Assembly: GCA_000934665.2 (NCBI GenBank)
Contig: JYFJ02003540.1
Location: forward strand, 1 to 41,029
Source of the DNA: Catajapyx aquilonaris
Taxonomy: Eukaryota
Direction of reading: 5' to 3'
Length of the DNA stretch: 41,029 nucleotides
The notes beneath the pieces were generated by a model. The model searched no databases and was not told the origin of the DNA. It worked only from the letters and a program-made list of their open reading frames with translations. Below, piece by piece: positions 23,860 through 35,375 of this stretch; within the stretch, counting starts at the first letter, position 1; every line of letters begins with the position of its first letter. Position numbers and translations under genes: made by a program.

Positions 23860-24195
23860 ATGGCGACTGATGTGGGGTCGATGCCTGCGTCCCTCCGTGC
23901 TGGAATCGTTGGAAAACGTGCGATCCCGACCTCCTGGACAGACCGGGTCTAGCTGGGAGCCTTGGGGAAGGAGCCAGGAGGCCAGGAGGACTCGAATCCG
24001 GACTCGAGGGAGACTGTCCGACCCTGGGCGGGACCCAGCCCGGGGATATAGTAACTATCGAAGACGCGCGCTGCGGGAGGGGAGGCTGCTGCTGCTTGGA
24101 ACGAAAGGGGGATACGATATAAGCCAGCGCGCCTACACGTTTGAAGTGACACCCGCCGAGCTGGAGGAGGATGGGGCCGGAACAGAAGACTCGGG
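23860..24195 (+). other. Putative first (5' UTR) exon of PCIF1 carrying uORFs; 5' boundary uncertain
   Basis: CpG-rich block with AAAATGGCG (YY1-like) at 23857-23865 and donor GG|GTGAGA at 24196. The clear acceptor just upstream of the PCIF1 ATG is TTGTTTTCAG| at 29359. Confidence 0.55.
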
Positions 24196-24893
24196 GTGAG
24201 AGAGAGACAACAACAATAGAACACAACACTGCAGGGCGGGAGGGAGGGTGGTGGAGGAGGAGGACCTAATCAATCGGGATGAATAGTAATGAACGCCTGT
24301 CAATCAGGGGACATGATCAGGACTTTGGGAGGGGACAGACAGTGAGAGGTGCAGCTGGATGAATGGAAGAGGCATTTTCAGGAATAGTCATGGGACTCTT
24401 GTTAGTGCTCCAAGTGTGGTTTCAACCATTGCATTATGACTTTTAACAAAATTCTGCTCTCAGTATATTTGCTGAATTCAGAAGGGTTATGTTACTTGAA
24501 CGTAAATGATAAATCATGAACATAATTTGTAGGCTGTGATGTTTAGCCCGTAAATGTTAAGTAAGTCCATTCATCCAAGGGTGACGGTTAGAATGGGGTT
24601 TAAATTGCAGAATGAAACATTCTGCATTTTGTGGTACATTTTGCCTGTTCAGGCGTGTAATCACTCTTTAGAATGTTTTATTACTATACATGGTGGGTCT
24701 TGTTGTTTTAGGCACCCTCTTGCAAGAATACATTTCAACATAATTGAGTGTGATTGATACAGATTTAATGTGGCAGCATGACCACTCTGAGTGATGCAGG
24801 TTGACTACTTATGAACATTTTGACATGCAAAAGTTCTGAAATAGCAACAAACCTGGGCCTGTCTAATTGCCTGTTTCAAGAGAAAGACAATAT

Positions 24894-25140
24894 AAAGACC
24901 TCGGGGAATAACGATTGAGGTTCACTCGTTGTGAAAAATGAGCTACATATCTCAGAAGATATTTCCACTAGAATAGAATGTGATGGTTTGGTTGTGGTTG
25001 TGGAGCAATGATCATAGGTCACTATGGAAGGCCCTGAAAGTTGGATTTACAATAGAACCTTATGGGCCTTCAAAATTTGGAATTGGAATATCTCAGTTTC
25101 ACCTCAGGTGGACCTTGATCATTTTTCCCCCAAGGTCTTC
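24894..25140. mobile_element. Sola1-like MITE, copy 2, opposite orientation to 3907..4164, ATAT TSD
   Basis: ATAT|AAAGACCTCGGGG...CCCCCAAGGTCTTC|ATAT. The internal sequence is the reverse complement of copy 1. Confidence 0.7.
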
Positions 25141-25384
25141 ATATATTAATTGTCATTTTTTTAAACCTGTCTGAATGGCCACAAGTCATAACCTTATATG
25201 TGATCTGTTTTATAACGTATCATACTGTTGTGCATGAAAGTAGTAGGTATATGAAATCCCAGGAGAGTTGAATGTTCAGAAGTGGCTGTAATTATACCGT
25301 ATCACTAGTGAACAAATGGGAATGTTGTCAAAATGCATGTGTAGAGATTTAATATTAGTTTTGTAAGTACTGAAGAAAATACTG

Positions 25385-25598
25385 ACAAGGGACATATCCT
25401 GGTGATAATAACGGATCTGGATGAAATTGAATATGCTAATAAAGCACAATATAATTATAACCAAAAATGAAGTCATTTTGTGCTGAAGCCAACATTTGCA
25501 TGAGGTATGACGTGTTAAAGTGATCAAAATGGTACATTTTCATACTCATTGTGATTACATTAGCGACCACATATAGTGACATTGAAGTGTGTAATCAG
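25385..25598 (+). repeat. Interspersed repeat family copy A; continues at 26291..26310 after the hAT insertion
   Basis: Homologous to 28483..28725 (reverse strand) and 31257..31474. Shared ACAAGGGACAT..., ATAACCAAAAATGAA and ATTACATTAGCGACCACATA...GACATTGAAGTGTGTAA. Confidence 0.8.
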
Positions 25599-26282
25599 TA
25601 GAGTCCCCATTTTTAAGCAAATGCCGATTTAGTTCCTTAACAGTTGGGATGGTTTTGTGATGAGATCGATCCATTTAATAAGTGCAGGATGTGAAAAATG
25701 TAGATTTTATGGTGCCTAAAATGGCCTATTTCATGGTTTTGGGAACTATTTTGCCTATTCTGCCATTTTGCGACTTTTCATGCCTATTTGGGCGTTCTTG
25801 GGATAGTTTTTGACCTATTCCAATCCTATTCCTTCAGACTCATGTTTGGTTATTTTTTCGGAGTATTTTTTGTGCTCCTGAAAGGACCAAAATCGATCAG
25901 AAGTAATACGAATCATGTTTCCGTGACGCACATGCCAAATATTTTTCTATACCGGTATTTTTCTGATTGTTCAAATCAGAGGAAAATTTAGAAAAATATT
26001 TGGCAACATATTGTGCAAGTGGAAACTGGCTATAAGTGGTAGAGTCCAGAGCAAGTCGAAGTGATACTTGTTTGCACTTTGTGTCTTTTCCCAAAGTTTT
26101 GTGATTTCCTGTCAGTTTATCGTTGTTCAGTTTTTGTTCTGGTTTGCAACCTATCTTTTTACCTTAGGCTTATAAAATTATTCTGGGTTTTAAATTTTAT
26201 GTAACATCCTCCACACATGCAAAAAAAGTACAATTTCTGTCCCTATTTCAGGGTTTTTTCGTGCCTAAATATCCAGACTCTA
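25599..26282. mobile_element. 684-bp non-autonomous hAT-like element, TAGAGTC...GACTCTA termini, perfect 8-bp TSD GTAATCAG
   Basis: TSD at 25591-25598 and 26283-26290, with imperfect ~21-bp TIRs. The empty site with a single GTAATCAG is present in the paralogous repeat near 28500 on the minus strand. Confidence 0.88.
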
Positions 26283-26322
26283 GTAATCAGTTTTATTGTA
26301 CCAAATACACTTTAAAAGTGAA

Positions 26323-27287
26323 CAGGGTGACCAGTGGTCAGGGAAAACACAGGGAAATTGGAAATTAGCCGGTAGACAGGGAAAATACAAGGAAATTCGT
26401 GTCAATGACTCAAAATATGCTAAAATTACACTAGGCAACAAAATTTCCTGACAAAGGATATGGCACCATCCTTAGGGGAAATGGCTTTCGGTTAAATTCC
26501 CCCAATTTTTTATATGTTGTAGAAAATAAGATGGTAATGAATTCTTAACATTGCGCCAAGACCTGAAAATCATCAGGTCACCTGCTACATCGGGTCAAAG
26601 GGCAGCCTACCGTTCCCTCATAAGGTCCATCAAATGTAATGGAACGGGAGTGATTAGCTGGTTCTGAAAAACCCCACATGTTGACCCCTGTGACTTGCAG
26701 GTCACGTGCTACTTCGGGTCAAAGATACTAAATATCGTTGGATATTTGTATCGATATTTTTACGATATTTTGTATCTTTGACCCGAAGTAGCGGGTGACC
26801 TGTAGGTCACAGGGGTCAACATGTGGGGTTTTTCAGAACCAGCTAATCAAGCGCGTTCCATTGGTACCACATTTGATGGACCGTATGAGGGAACGGTAGG
26901 CTGCCCTTTGACCCGATGTAGCAGGTGACCTGATGATTTTCAGGTCTTGGCGCAATGTTAAGAATATTGATTACCATCTTATTTTCTACAACATATAAAA
27001 AATTGGGAGAATTTAACCGAAAGCCATTTCCCATAAGGATGGTGCCATATCCTTTGACACACAAATTTTTTGTGTTGATCTGGAAGGATATTTTGTTGTG
27101 TCTTTATTGAGTTTGGTGTGAGAAATCAAATCCACCGGTGGTATTGGTTTGTTTGGTATCAAGATTTTTCAAGTTTTCTTAAATTATGTGAAATTTGCAC
27201 AGACGTTCTGAAAATATAAAAAAAAGGCAGGGAAAAAGTCAATGAGGACACTGGGAAATTGTATTTTAGTCACTGCTGGTCACCCTG
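26323..27287. mobile_element. hAT-like MITE with perfect 12-bp TIR CAGGGTGACCAG, interrupted by a foldback element
   Basis: CAGGGTGACCAG at 26323 and CTGGTCACCCTG ending at 27287, with repeated subterminal CAGGGAAA motifs. No clear TSD. Confidence 0.65.
26454..27054. mobile_element. 601-bp near-perfect foldback (palindromic) element flanked by the 5-bp direct repeat TGACA
   Basis: Arms of roughly 285 bp: AAGGATATGGCACCATCCTTA... and ...TAAGGATGGTGCCATATCCTT, with a short central spacer around 26740-26760. TGACA at 26449-26453 and 27055-27059. Confidence 0.9.
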
Positions 27288-27446
27288 GTAAAGAAACAGG
27301 CCTAATTGATGAGGTTGACACTATGATATGTCATGAGATGAGCTTCTTTTGATCTGCACATTTCAATACCGGTAGGCATTTCTCTATCAATCGTTCATTA
27401 AAAGGTGAACTGCATACTCTGTGTAAATCAATTGTATCGCAGTTAA

Positions 27447-28473
27447 GGTGGAAATGAAGCTAGAGTCACTGAATGAGAATTTTATGAAAAAAACATATGT
27501 TACGCAGTTTTGTGTCCTCTTATCAATGGTGCAAAGAAAAATACACGTCACCGTGCAAATTAGCGAACTGGAGGGCTCAGAAGTTCGCGATTTAACATGG
27601 GCCCTTATGGCAGAATTTTCAATAGTCCACAAAAAAATCATAAGTAAATGAGAATTTTAGAATTTAATGTGGAATATGTCGGGGATTATATACTGATCGT
27701 AACCGCAAAAAGAAAAACCTACCTCACCGTGCTCTTTCAATTTGTATTGCTGAAAAACGATCCGAAAATGATCCAGTGACGTCACATTGCTCCACTCGAG
27801 TGTGGACGTGGCAACACAGCGTTGTTTACGGTAGCGAGATACTGTTGCATACGACCGCCAAATATGAGTGCAAGTTAGTATGATGGTTTTTACAATGGCT
27901 CACACAGGATTTTCGTTTGGCGGGGGTGTTTGTCAGACGTCAGAACCGTTATATTAGTTTATATAGTTATAATTATAATGTAATAATCGAATGATTCTAA
28001 TCCCCCCGGCAATGACGTCACATACTGCTACGCGATAATTGGCCCGGACCTTTGCTGCGTTGCCGCTTCTATCTGTCACACGCGTACCAACTGAACGTGT
28101 TCCAAATCCGACACAAATGAAGAGCTACAGGCTCCCCTTTCGGAACTGAACTTTTTAAAATGCCATGACAAATTGGGACCTCGTAATTACGACCGAATAA
28201 AATCGATTTCCATCAAAAATAAAAAATATTAAGCACACCTCCAAATACCATGTGTAACTTGGCAGTCGTGAAAATTGCGCCTGCGCACAAGAACTTGCAG
28301 CCGGTAATAGGCCCATATTAAATCGAGTTTAAAGCGCAGATTCGAATGGAATGCATAGGATTGAACAGCATTTACTGCTGCATCGGTTGCGTATGTTTCC
28401 CTGATTTTAGCCCTTCTTATTAACATTCCAATTCTAGACTTTCATTTGATTAGCAAGTCGCTTCATTTCCACC
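27447..28473. mobile_element. 1027-bp non-autonomous Kolobok-like DNA transposon, TTAA TSD, perfect 14-bp TIR GGTGGAAATGAAGC
   Basis: TTAA|GGTGGAAATGAAGC...GCTTCATTTCCACC|TTAA. Subterminal inverted repeat 27588-27603 / 28310-28325 (15/16). A purine-purine start with a TTAA TSD fits Kolobok better than piggyBac. Confidence 0.82.
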
Positions 28474-28482
28474 TTAAATAAT

Positions 28483-28725
28483 GTGTATTTGGTACAATAA
28501 AACTGATTACACACTTCAATGTCATTATATGTGGTTGCTAACGTAATCCTATTGTGTATGGAAATGCACAATTTTGGTGACTTTAACACGGCATAACTCT
28601 TGCAGATATGGGCTTACGCACGAAAGGACTTCTTTTTTGGTTATCGTAATTATAGTGTCCTTTATTAGCATATTCAGTTTCATCCAGTTCTGTTATCGTC
28701 ACCTGCGATATGTTCCTTGTGTAAG
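28483..28725 (-). repeat. Interspersed repeat family copy B (uninterrupted)
   Basis: The reverse complement aligns by eye to 25385..25598 joined to 26291..26310. Confidence 0.8.
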
Positions 28726-28815
28726 TAAGGCTCTCAGAACTTATCTTCTGTTAATATTTAGACACAATGAGTTCTTGAAATTATAATTTGTACAAGTAAT
28801 TTTTACTTATTTGGA

Positions 28816-29324
<509 letters not shown>

Positions 29325-29386
29325 AATTCCCGAAATTTATAATGCATATTTGTTTTCAGACTTGTACATACCCTCTTGAAGAAACC

Positions 29387-32300
29387 ATGAACGAATTGAC
29401 ACGCAAGCCTGACTTGATCCCACCTGGGGTACCCTGGGACGGCAGCGTACCTGTGTCTGGCTCCCAACATCCCATACCCCATCCGATTGGCCTCTCTTAT
29501 CCACCTTCCCATCTGCAGCAGCAGCTACATCCATCCCAACATGCACCTCAGCACCCATCCCAACACATGTTGCAACACCCTTCTCAGCTCCAAGCCCAGC
29601 ATCTCCCTCAGCATATACCCCAGCATCTACCCCAACACCTACCCCAGCATCTCCCCCAGCATCTCCCCCAGCATCCTTCCCAACACGTACCACAACACCC
29701 ACATCACTCTTTACAACCACACCCACACCACTTACAACACCCTTCCATGAAGATGGCCCAAGGCATTACGCCAGGCCAGCCAATGGTGTCAGTGTCTGGA
29801 GGGATCGGGATCCCTTCCCAGCCACTGCAATCACAGGCTGCTCCAATGGGACTAGGAGGAGGCCCAGGGGCAGCCCCAGGACCTCAGTTGGCTCCACTAG
29901 GCATGGGGCCACCACCTTCACCATCCACCATGAATCCCCCTTCCCAAGTACCAGCATCTCCTATTCCAGCATCACCCCTGCAGCCAATGCCTGCTGGACA
30001 CCCACAATTGATGTCCCAGGTAAGTTTTGCAAGGGTTCCAATGTGAGCATTTTACTAAAGCAAGGCAGTGGGTTACAGTGACGTGGGATATTTTTACAAA
30101 ATGCCCACAAGTATCCACTGAAGTTAAGGGTGGAATTCAGTTATTTTAACTGCTACCACTTGCTCCTTGCATGTAGTCTGAAAAATAGTTAATTTTTACA
30201 ATATTGGTGTACTTGGGTGTGCCAAACAGATTTGCAGTTTTCTATGCACTGTTCTGGGTTTTTTGACATGATATTTTGAAGTATTTCTTTTGGATTATTG
30301 CAGCAGGCAGGTGTTCCAGGCAGTTCACCAGGCATGGAGCCTGAACTTCCTGCCGAGTTTGTCCAGCAGGGATGGCGCAAGTTTTGGAGTAAGCGTGAAA
30401 ACAGGCCCTACTTTTGGAACAAGCTGACTGGGGAGTCATGGTGGGAGTTTCCTCCTCCTTTGCGACCTCCTCACCATGGTCTCCCTCATCAGCAAGGGTA
30501 TGACCCTGTGACTGACCCCTTGGGGATTCAGTGTGGTCCTCCTCCACCCATGACCCCCACATCACACTCTATCATTTCTCCTGCTCATCCACCCCCAACC
30601 TCCTCACTGTCAGTGTCCCTGTCCCCTAGTCCAAATCCAAGCCCATCATCAGCAGTTTCCCCAGGCATGCAGCCAGGAATGTCACAGCAGAGCCCCCTTG
30701 CAACCAATGGACCTGCTACACCAATGTCACTCAAGAGGAGGGCCTCTGAGGAAGCAGTGGGGAGTCCTCTGGCTAAGAAATTGATATTGCCGTAAGTTTG
30801 CTTCAGTCTGTTTTAGAAATCAGTAGATGCCAGGAGTAGTTTATCAAATTGCATTCTTGCTCTGACGTTGATGATCATTGTTACCACATGTTTATTGTTA
30901 AAACTCCCTTTAAAGTGGATCTTACCAGTCAAGATTGAAGTCAAGAGCAGAAAAACTGGGCATCCCACCACAGAGTAATGTGGCTTCTGTTTAGCTACTT
31001 TTTTCCTTTTATTAAAATTAGAAAATGTCACAAGAAAATGTGAAAAATAAATTGTGCCAAAGTCCACATTTTTTGATCCCTCTGAAAAAAAATCTACCAA
31101 AACACTTGACTCAATTTGACCTCCCAGTTTTGGTCTGGAGGACTTCCCTCAATCTTTGTCCACATGTGGTATCCAAGGAGCCCAACCATACTGTGTGTGG
31201 TTTGAAAACAGTTAAATATTGTTGATTTTTGCAACTTATGGCTATATGATGCTAACTTACAAGGGACATTTCCCGGGTGATAATGATGGATCTTGATGAA
31301 ACATGCTCATACTGGACAATACAATTACGATAACCAAAAATGAAATATTTCGGGCGGAACCCCATATTTGCAAAAGTTATGGCGTCTTAAAGCGCCAAAA
31401 GTAATACATTTTCATACACAATGGTATTACATTAGCGACCACATATTATGACATTGAAGTGTGTAAACAGTTTTTAGATTTATTCTCATCAGAAAAAAGT
31501 GTTATAGAACGGCTCTGTCCCTCCGTCCATCCGTCTGTGGACAGGTATTAAGGCCTAAACCATAAGAGATGGGACTAACGGTTTTCATATTCGAATTGAG
31601 CATGACCATAATGGGTTTCACGGTCAACTTCCGGTGACCCGCCACTCCGGTTTTCTAAACCGCCTGTAAAGTAGACTTGTGCGGAGAGAGTGAACCCGGA
31701 AAACTGGAAGTGGCAAGTCAATGGAAGTTGACTATGAAACCTATTATGGTCATGCTCATTTCATTTTTGCTAACTTGTGGGTAGCACAGAATATTTGCAT
31801 TCCTGCCTGGTTGAATATGATTGCAACGTGAAAGTATATGGGTATTTTTTATGCTATCTTTTCAGTGGACCATGGGACTTGGAGCTCCCAACTAATGCCG
31901 TAATCTGTGAGAAGGCCCCTACTTCCATGCCTCATCCACATCCAGAGATAGAAGCATATCGCTGCAACCTGGTGGCCAAGCTCAGGCAGACGTATCAGGA
32001 ACTCTGCCACTCCAGAGAAGGTCTCGCATGCATTTTGTGTTTGTAGGACATGGCATAAAGTATGCAGGGAGGGATTATCAAAAGTGGATTGAAAAGTGTT
32101 TCTGTTAGTTACTCTTTTGGCATATGTTCCCTCGATCCCCAGGCATAGATGCTCCAAAGGATTCGTTCAACCGTTGGCTGATGGAGCGGAAGGTCAGAGA
32201 TGCAGGTGGAGATGCTTTGCTGCCAAGCCTGTGCTTCCCAGAGATATCTGTGTCAATGTATCGGGAGATTATGAATGATATCCCTATAAAGCTAGTGAGA

Positions 32301-34912
32301 CCCAAGTTCACTGGAGAATCTCGGAAACAATTGTCTAAGTATGCGGAAGCTGCCAAGAAGATGATTGAATCCCGAAATACATCCCCAGAGAGCAGGAAAA
32401 TTGTCAAGTGGAGTGTAGAGGACACTTTTCAGTGGCTCAGGAGGACAGTTGGTGCCACTTATGATGACTTTCAGGAGCGGCTTGCTCATCTGAAGGTAAT
32501 ACAGTTGATTCCGGATGAAACTGCTCCAACTATAACAGAGTCCCTTCATGTTTCCAAATGAGGAAAAAAAATAGGGGGATGGGTCTAGTTCCTGATATGC
32601 ATGTGTGCGAATTTGCTGCACTGAGCTTACCATGTTATTCTGGCTAATTACAATTCATTGTTTTTTTGTTTTGCGTAATTCATATTATGGTCCCCATCTT
32701 CTTCATTTTGCCATTAGTGTCAGTGCCAACCTCATCTGACTGAGGCGGCTAAGTCTTCAGTGGAAGGCATATGCCTCAAGATCTACCATATGTCATGCGA
32801 GTATGCGAAGAAGATCAAGGAGCGGCATTGGGAGCTGCTCAAGGAGCATGGAATTACGGGTTAGTTGGTGACACTGCATACTAAAATCACCTGCAAAATG
32901 TGTCTCAAATTATTTGTGTAAACCCATTAGAAATGCCTTCCCCTGTTCTGATGGCCAACCCTCGCAAGGTGTGGTGCTACCCTGTGCAGTTCCTCCTTCA
33001 GTGTCCTCGTTTACCCCATATTGAGTTTCTGCAGGACAGGGAGCAGACAATGCTAAGGCATCAAGGGGACACAATGAGGCTCAATACTGTCTACTTCCAG
33101 AAGCTGGTTAGTGTTTTTTGTTAATATCTCTGACTAATGTATTTCACAAGTTTTATTATGCTGAGTTGCAGTTTTTATTAGATATGAAAATGGTTGCATT
33201 GATGTAGCTAATATCACTATTTGTTGCAGGAGCAATTGTACAGGTACAGCTGCGTAGAGGATCGAAAGTTTGAGCACTTTCTGGCGCGAGTGTGGTGCCT
33301 ACTGAAACGGTACAGCACCTACTTTGGTATGGGTCAGAATGAGGGACATGGAACCCAGGGAGCTCTCCCAGTGCCAGTGTTTGAGTGCCTGAACAAGCAC
33401 TTTGGAGTCACGTTTGAGTGCTTTGCCTCGCCCCTCAACTGCTACTTCAGGCAATTCTGCTCTGCATTTCCAGATACTGACTCCTATTTTGGCTCTAGAG
33501 GGTCAGTAACAAATTTAAGCTCATGAACTCTAAGCAAGACACAAGTTGGTTATAATTTTATTAAATTTTATGTGGTCAGGCTCATCTACGATTTCAAGCC
33601 AGTGACGGGTTCATTTGAAGCCAATCCTCCATTCTGTGAGGAGCTCCTGGAAGCAAGTCTGAGCCACTTTGAGCACTTGCTGAATGAAAGCCAGGAGCCT
33701 TTGTCCTTCATTGTGTTCATGCCTGAGTGGAGAGATCCCACTCCTGGGGCTCTCCTCAAGCTGGAGTCCAGTCGATGGAAGAGGAAGCAGATTGTGGTTC
33801 CTGGATATGAGCATGAGTACAGGCATGGATTCCAGCATGCCATGCCCAAGTAAGTGTGCATTCTATGTGCAAGTAATGGTTCAGGGTTGCAAAAATAATA
33901 TTGAATTGAAAGGATCTTGTCCTGGATATTTTTGCTGTGAACCACAATAATGTTTAGTGGGGCCTGAGAGTAAATTGGTCACTTCTATTGGCTTGTAACA
34001 ATCTATGAAAAAATAATAGCTCTGGTCTTTGGGAAGCCAAAGACTCTGCTATGTTATATTTTTTTCTACTATTGCACTGAAAAGCAAAGAAAAGAAGCAA
34101 TCACTGCTGTTGCTTCTGAAATGCATTGCGCTGACATCCTTCGTCTCTTTCTCTGACCATGCGGAAGCACCTTTGCCTCAGTGCCCAGACTACAGTTTCG
34201 AGATACAGTACCCGCACCATGTCTCACTCCCCCGAATGCACTCCTGACTGCGTCTGGAAAAACCGTGTTTCGGGGAATGCTCTCCCACCTCGTTTCTAGT
34301 GTAACTGCTCGTCAGTGACGTCATCCATATGGGCTCCAAACGCGGTTCACCCACTAGTGTAAATGCACCCATAGACCACTGTGCCCCCCACAGAAGAAAC
34401 AGTAATGAATGAGTATTTAGTTGTTGAAGTTATGGAGTAATTACAGTTTCATAGTGTAATACAGTGCTCTATTGTAACTAGTAGTGCAAAACTTTTCTCA
34501 TGGCAAAGCAGTTCCATCCATTGGCATATAAATAACTGTGTGCCTAAACTTGGCTTTCAGGTCTGAGGTGAACATCCGTTCAGCTCATGGAACAGTAATA
34601 GTGTGGCTGCAGAATGATGCTGGCTTCCAGAAGTGGGGTCCAACAGAGGAGCGCTCAGAAGCCCTCATGGATGCCTACAGGCCAGGAAGGGAGAGAGAGA
34701 GGGACCGGCAGGAACTTCTTTCTCCGCAGAGGAGGAGTAGTTTATCAGCGGACAACCTTGTGGGGTTGCCAAGTACAGCAGGTGCATCCACCACTGTTGC
34801 ATCTTCAATTGTGCCAGGGACCTCAGCAGCAAGCAGTGTGATTACAATGGCTGCTGGAAGTGGTGTGAACAGTAATGGTGGTGGTGGGAGTGACAGACCC
34901 GAGGGTAAGTGA
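29387..34912 (+). CDS. PCIF1: mRNA cap-specific (2'-O-methyladenosine-N6) methyltransferase PCIF1/CAPAM. Exons join(29387..30019,30304..30791,31866..32020,32143..32495,32718..32859,32931..33106,33230..33501,33580..33849,34561..34912), ~946 aa
   Basis: WW domain ([29 protein letters not shown]), DPLG motif, helical domain ([39 protein letters not shown]), and methyltransferase motifs ([63 protein letters not shown]). All introns are GT-AG with consistent phases. Confidence 0.95.
29515..29745 (+). repeat. Degenerate 12-nt coding tandem repeat encoding (QHxP/QHPS)n in the PCIF1 N-terminus
   Basis: CAGCATCTCCCC-like units; translation [36 protein letters not shown]. Confidence 0.85.
31257..31474 (+). 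repeat. Interspersed repeat family copy C, in a PCIF1 intron
   Basis: Shares CTTACAAGGGACAT, ACGATAACCAAAAATGAA and ATTACATTAGCGACCACATA...GACATTGAAGTGTGTAA with copies A and B. Confidence 0.75.
31597..31758. repeat. ~160-bp imperfect inverted repeat (arms ~60 bp), probably part of a transposon remnant
   Basis: TGAGCATGACCATAATGGGTTTCACGGTCAACTTCC versus GGAAGTTGACTATGAAACCTATTATGGTCATGCTCA. Confidence 0.7.
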
Positions 34913-35375
34913 AGCAGTTGTGTGGAATAAGCAGTGTCTCCACAATGGTTGTTGCTGGTGCACAAACCCACTGTTTACTTTCTATATGATTTTATTTAGA
35001 ATAGTGGGGTTTTATATGGTTACATAAGTTGCATATGTAGCAGGTAAGTTTTAAATAATGAAGATTTACACACACATGCAAAAACATTTTAAGAGATAAA
35101 TATAATGTTCAGTTCTGTAAGTGCAAAGGATGGTAGGGTAGTTGCTGGCTTCGTCTGGGACGATGTCCACCGGGGTTGTACGAGTTATTCCCCAGAGAAG
35201 GTTGTTATATTTGTTAGTAAGCAAGTGTCACAGAACAAGGCTTAACCGATTTGGTGGCTAGATTCACAGCATCAAAAAAGGAGTTATTGTCATCAAGGGG
35301 ATTTGTTACAATAATTGTTTTGATAAATGACCCTGCACAAGGCAGAAAATCTAAAATATCACTTGTGTAGTGACT

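Noticed and set aside
25276..28786. Similar ORFs MITLTRHTSC... (-) and MVTLTRHNSC... (+) suggesting a duplicated small gene
   Set aside because: Both derive from the non-coding interspersed repeat copies A and B. They have non-ATG starts and the frames diverge.
34060..34375. PIF/Harbinger-like terminus ...CACTAGTGTAAATGCACCC in a PCIF1 intron
   Set aside because: Only one end is visible; I found no matching TIR or TSD.
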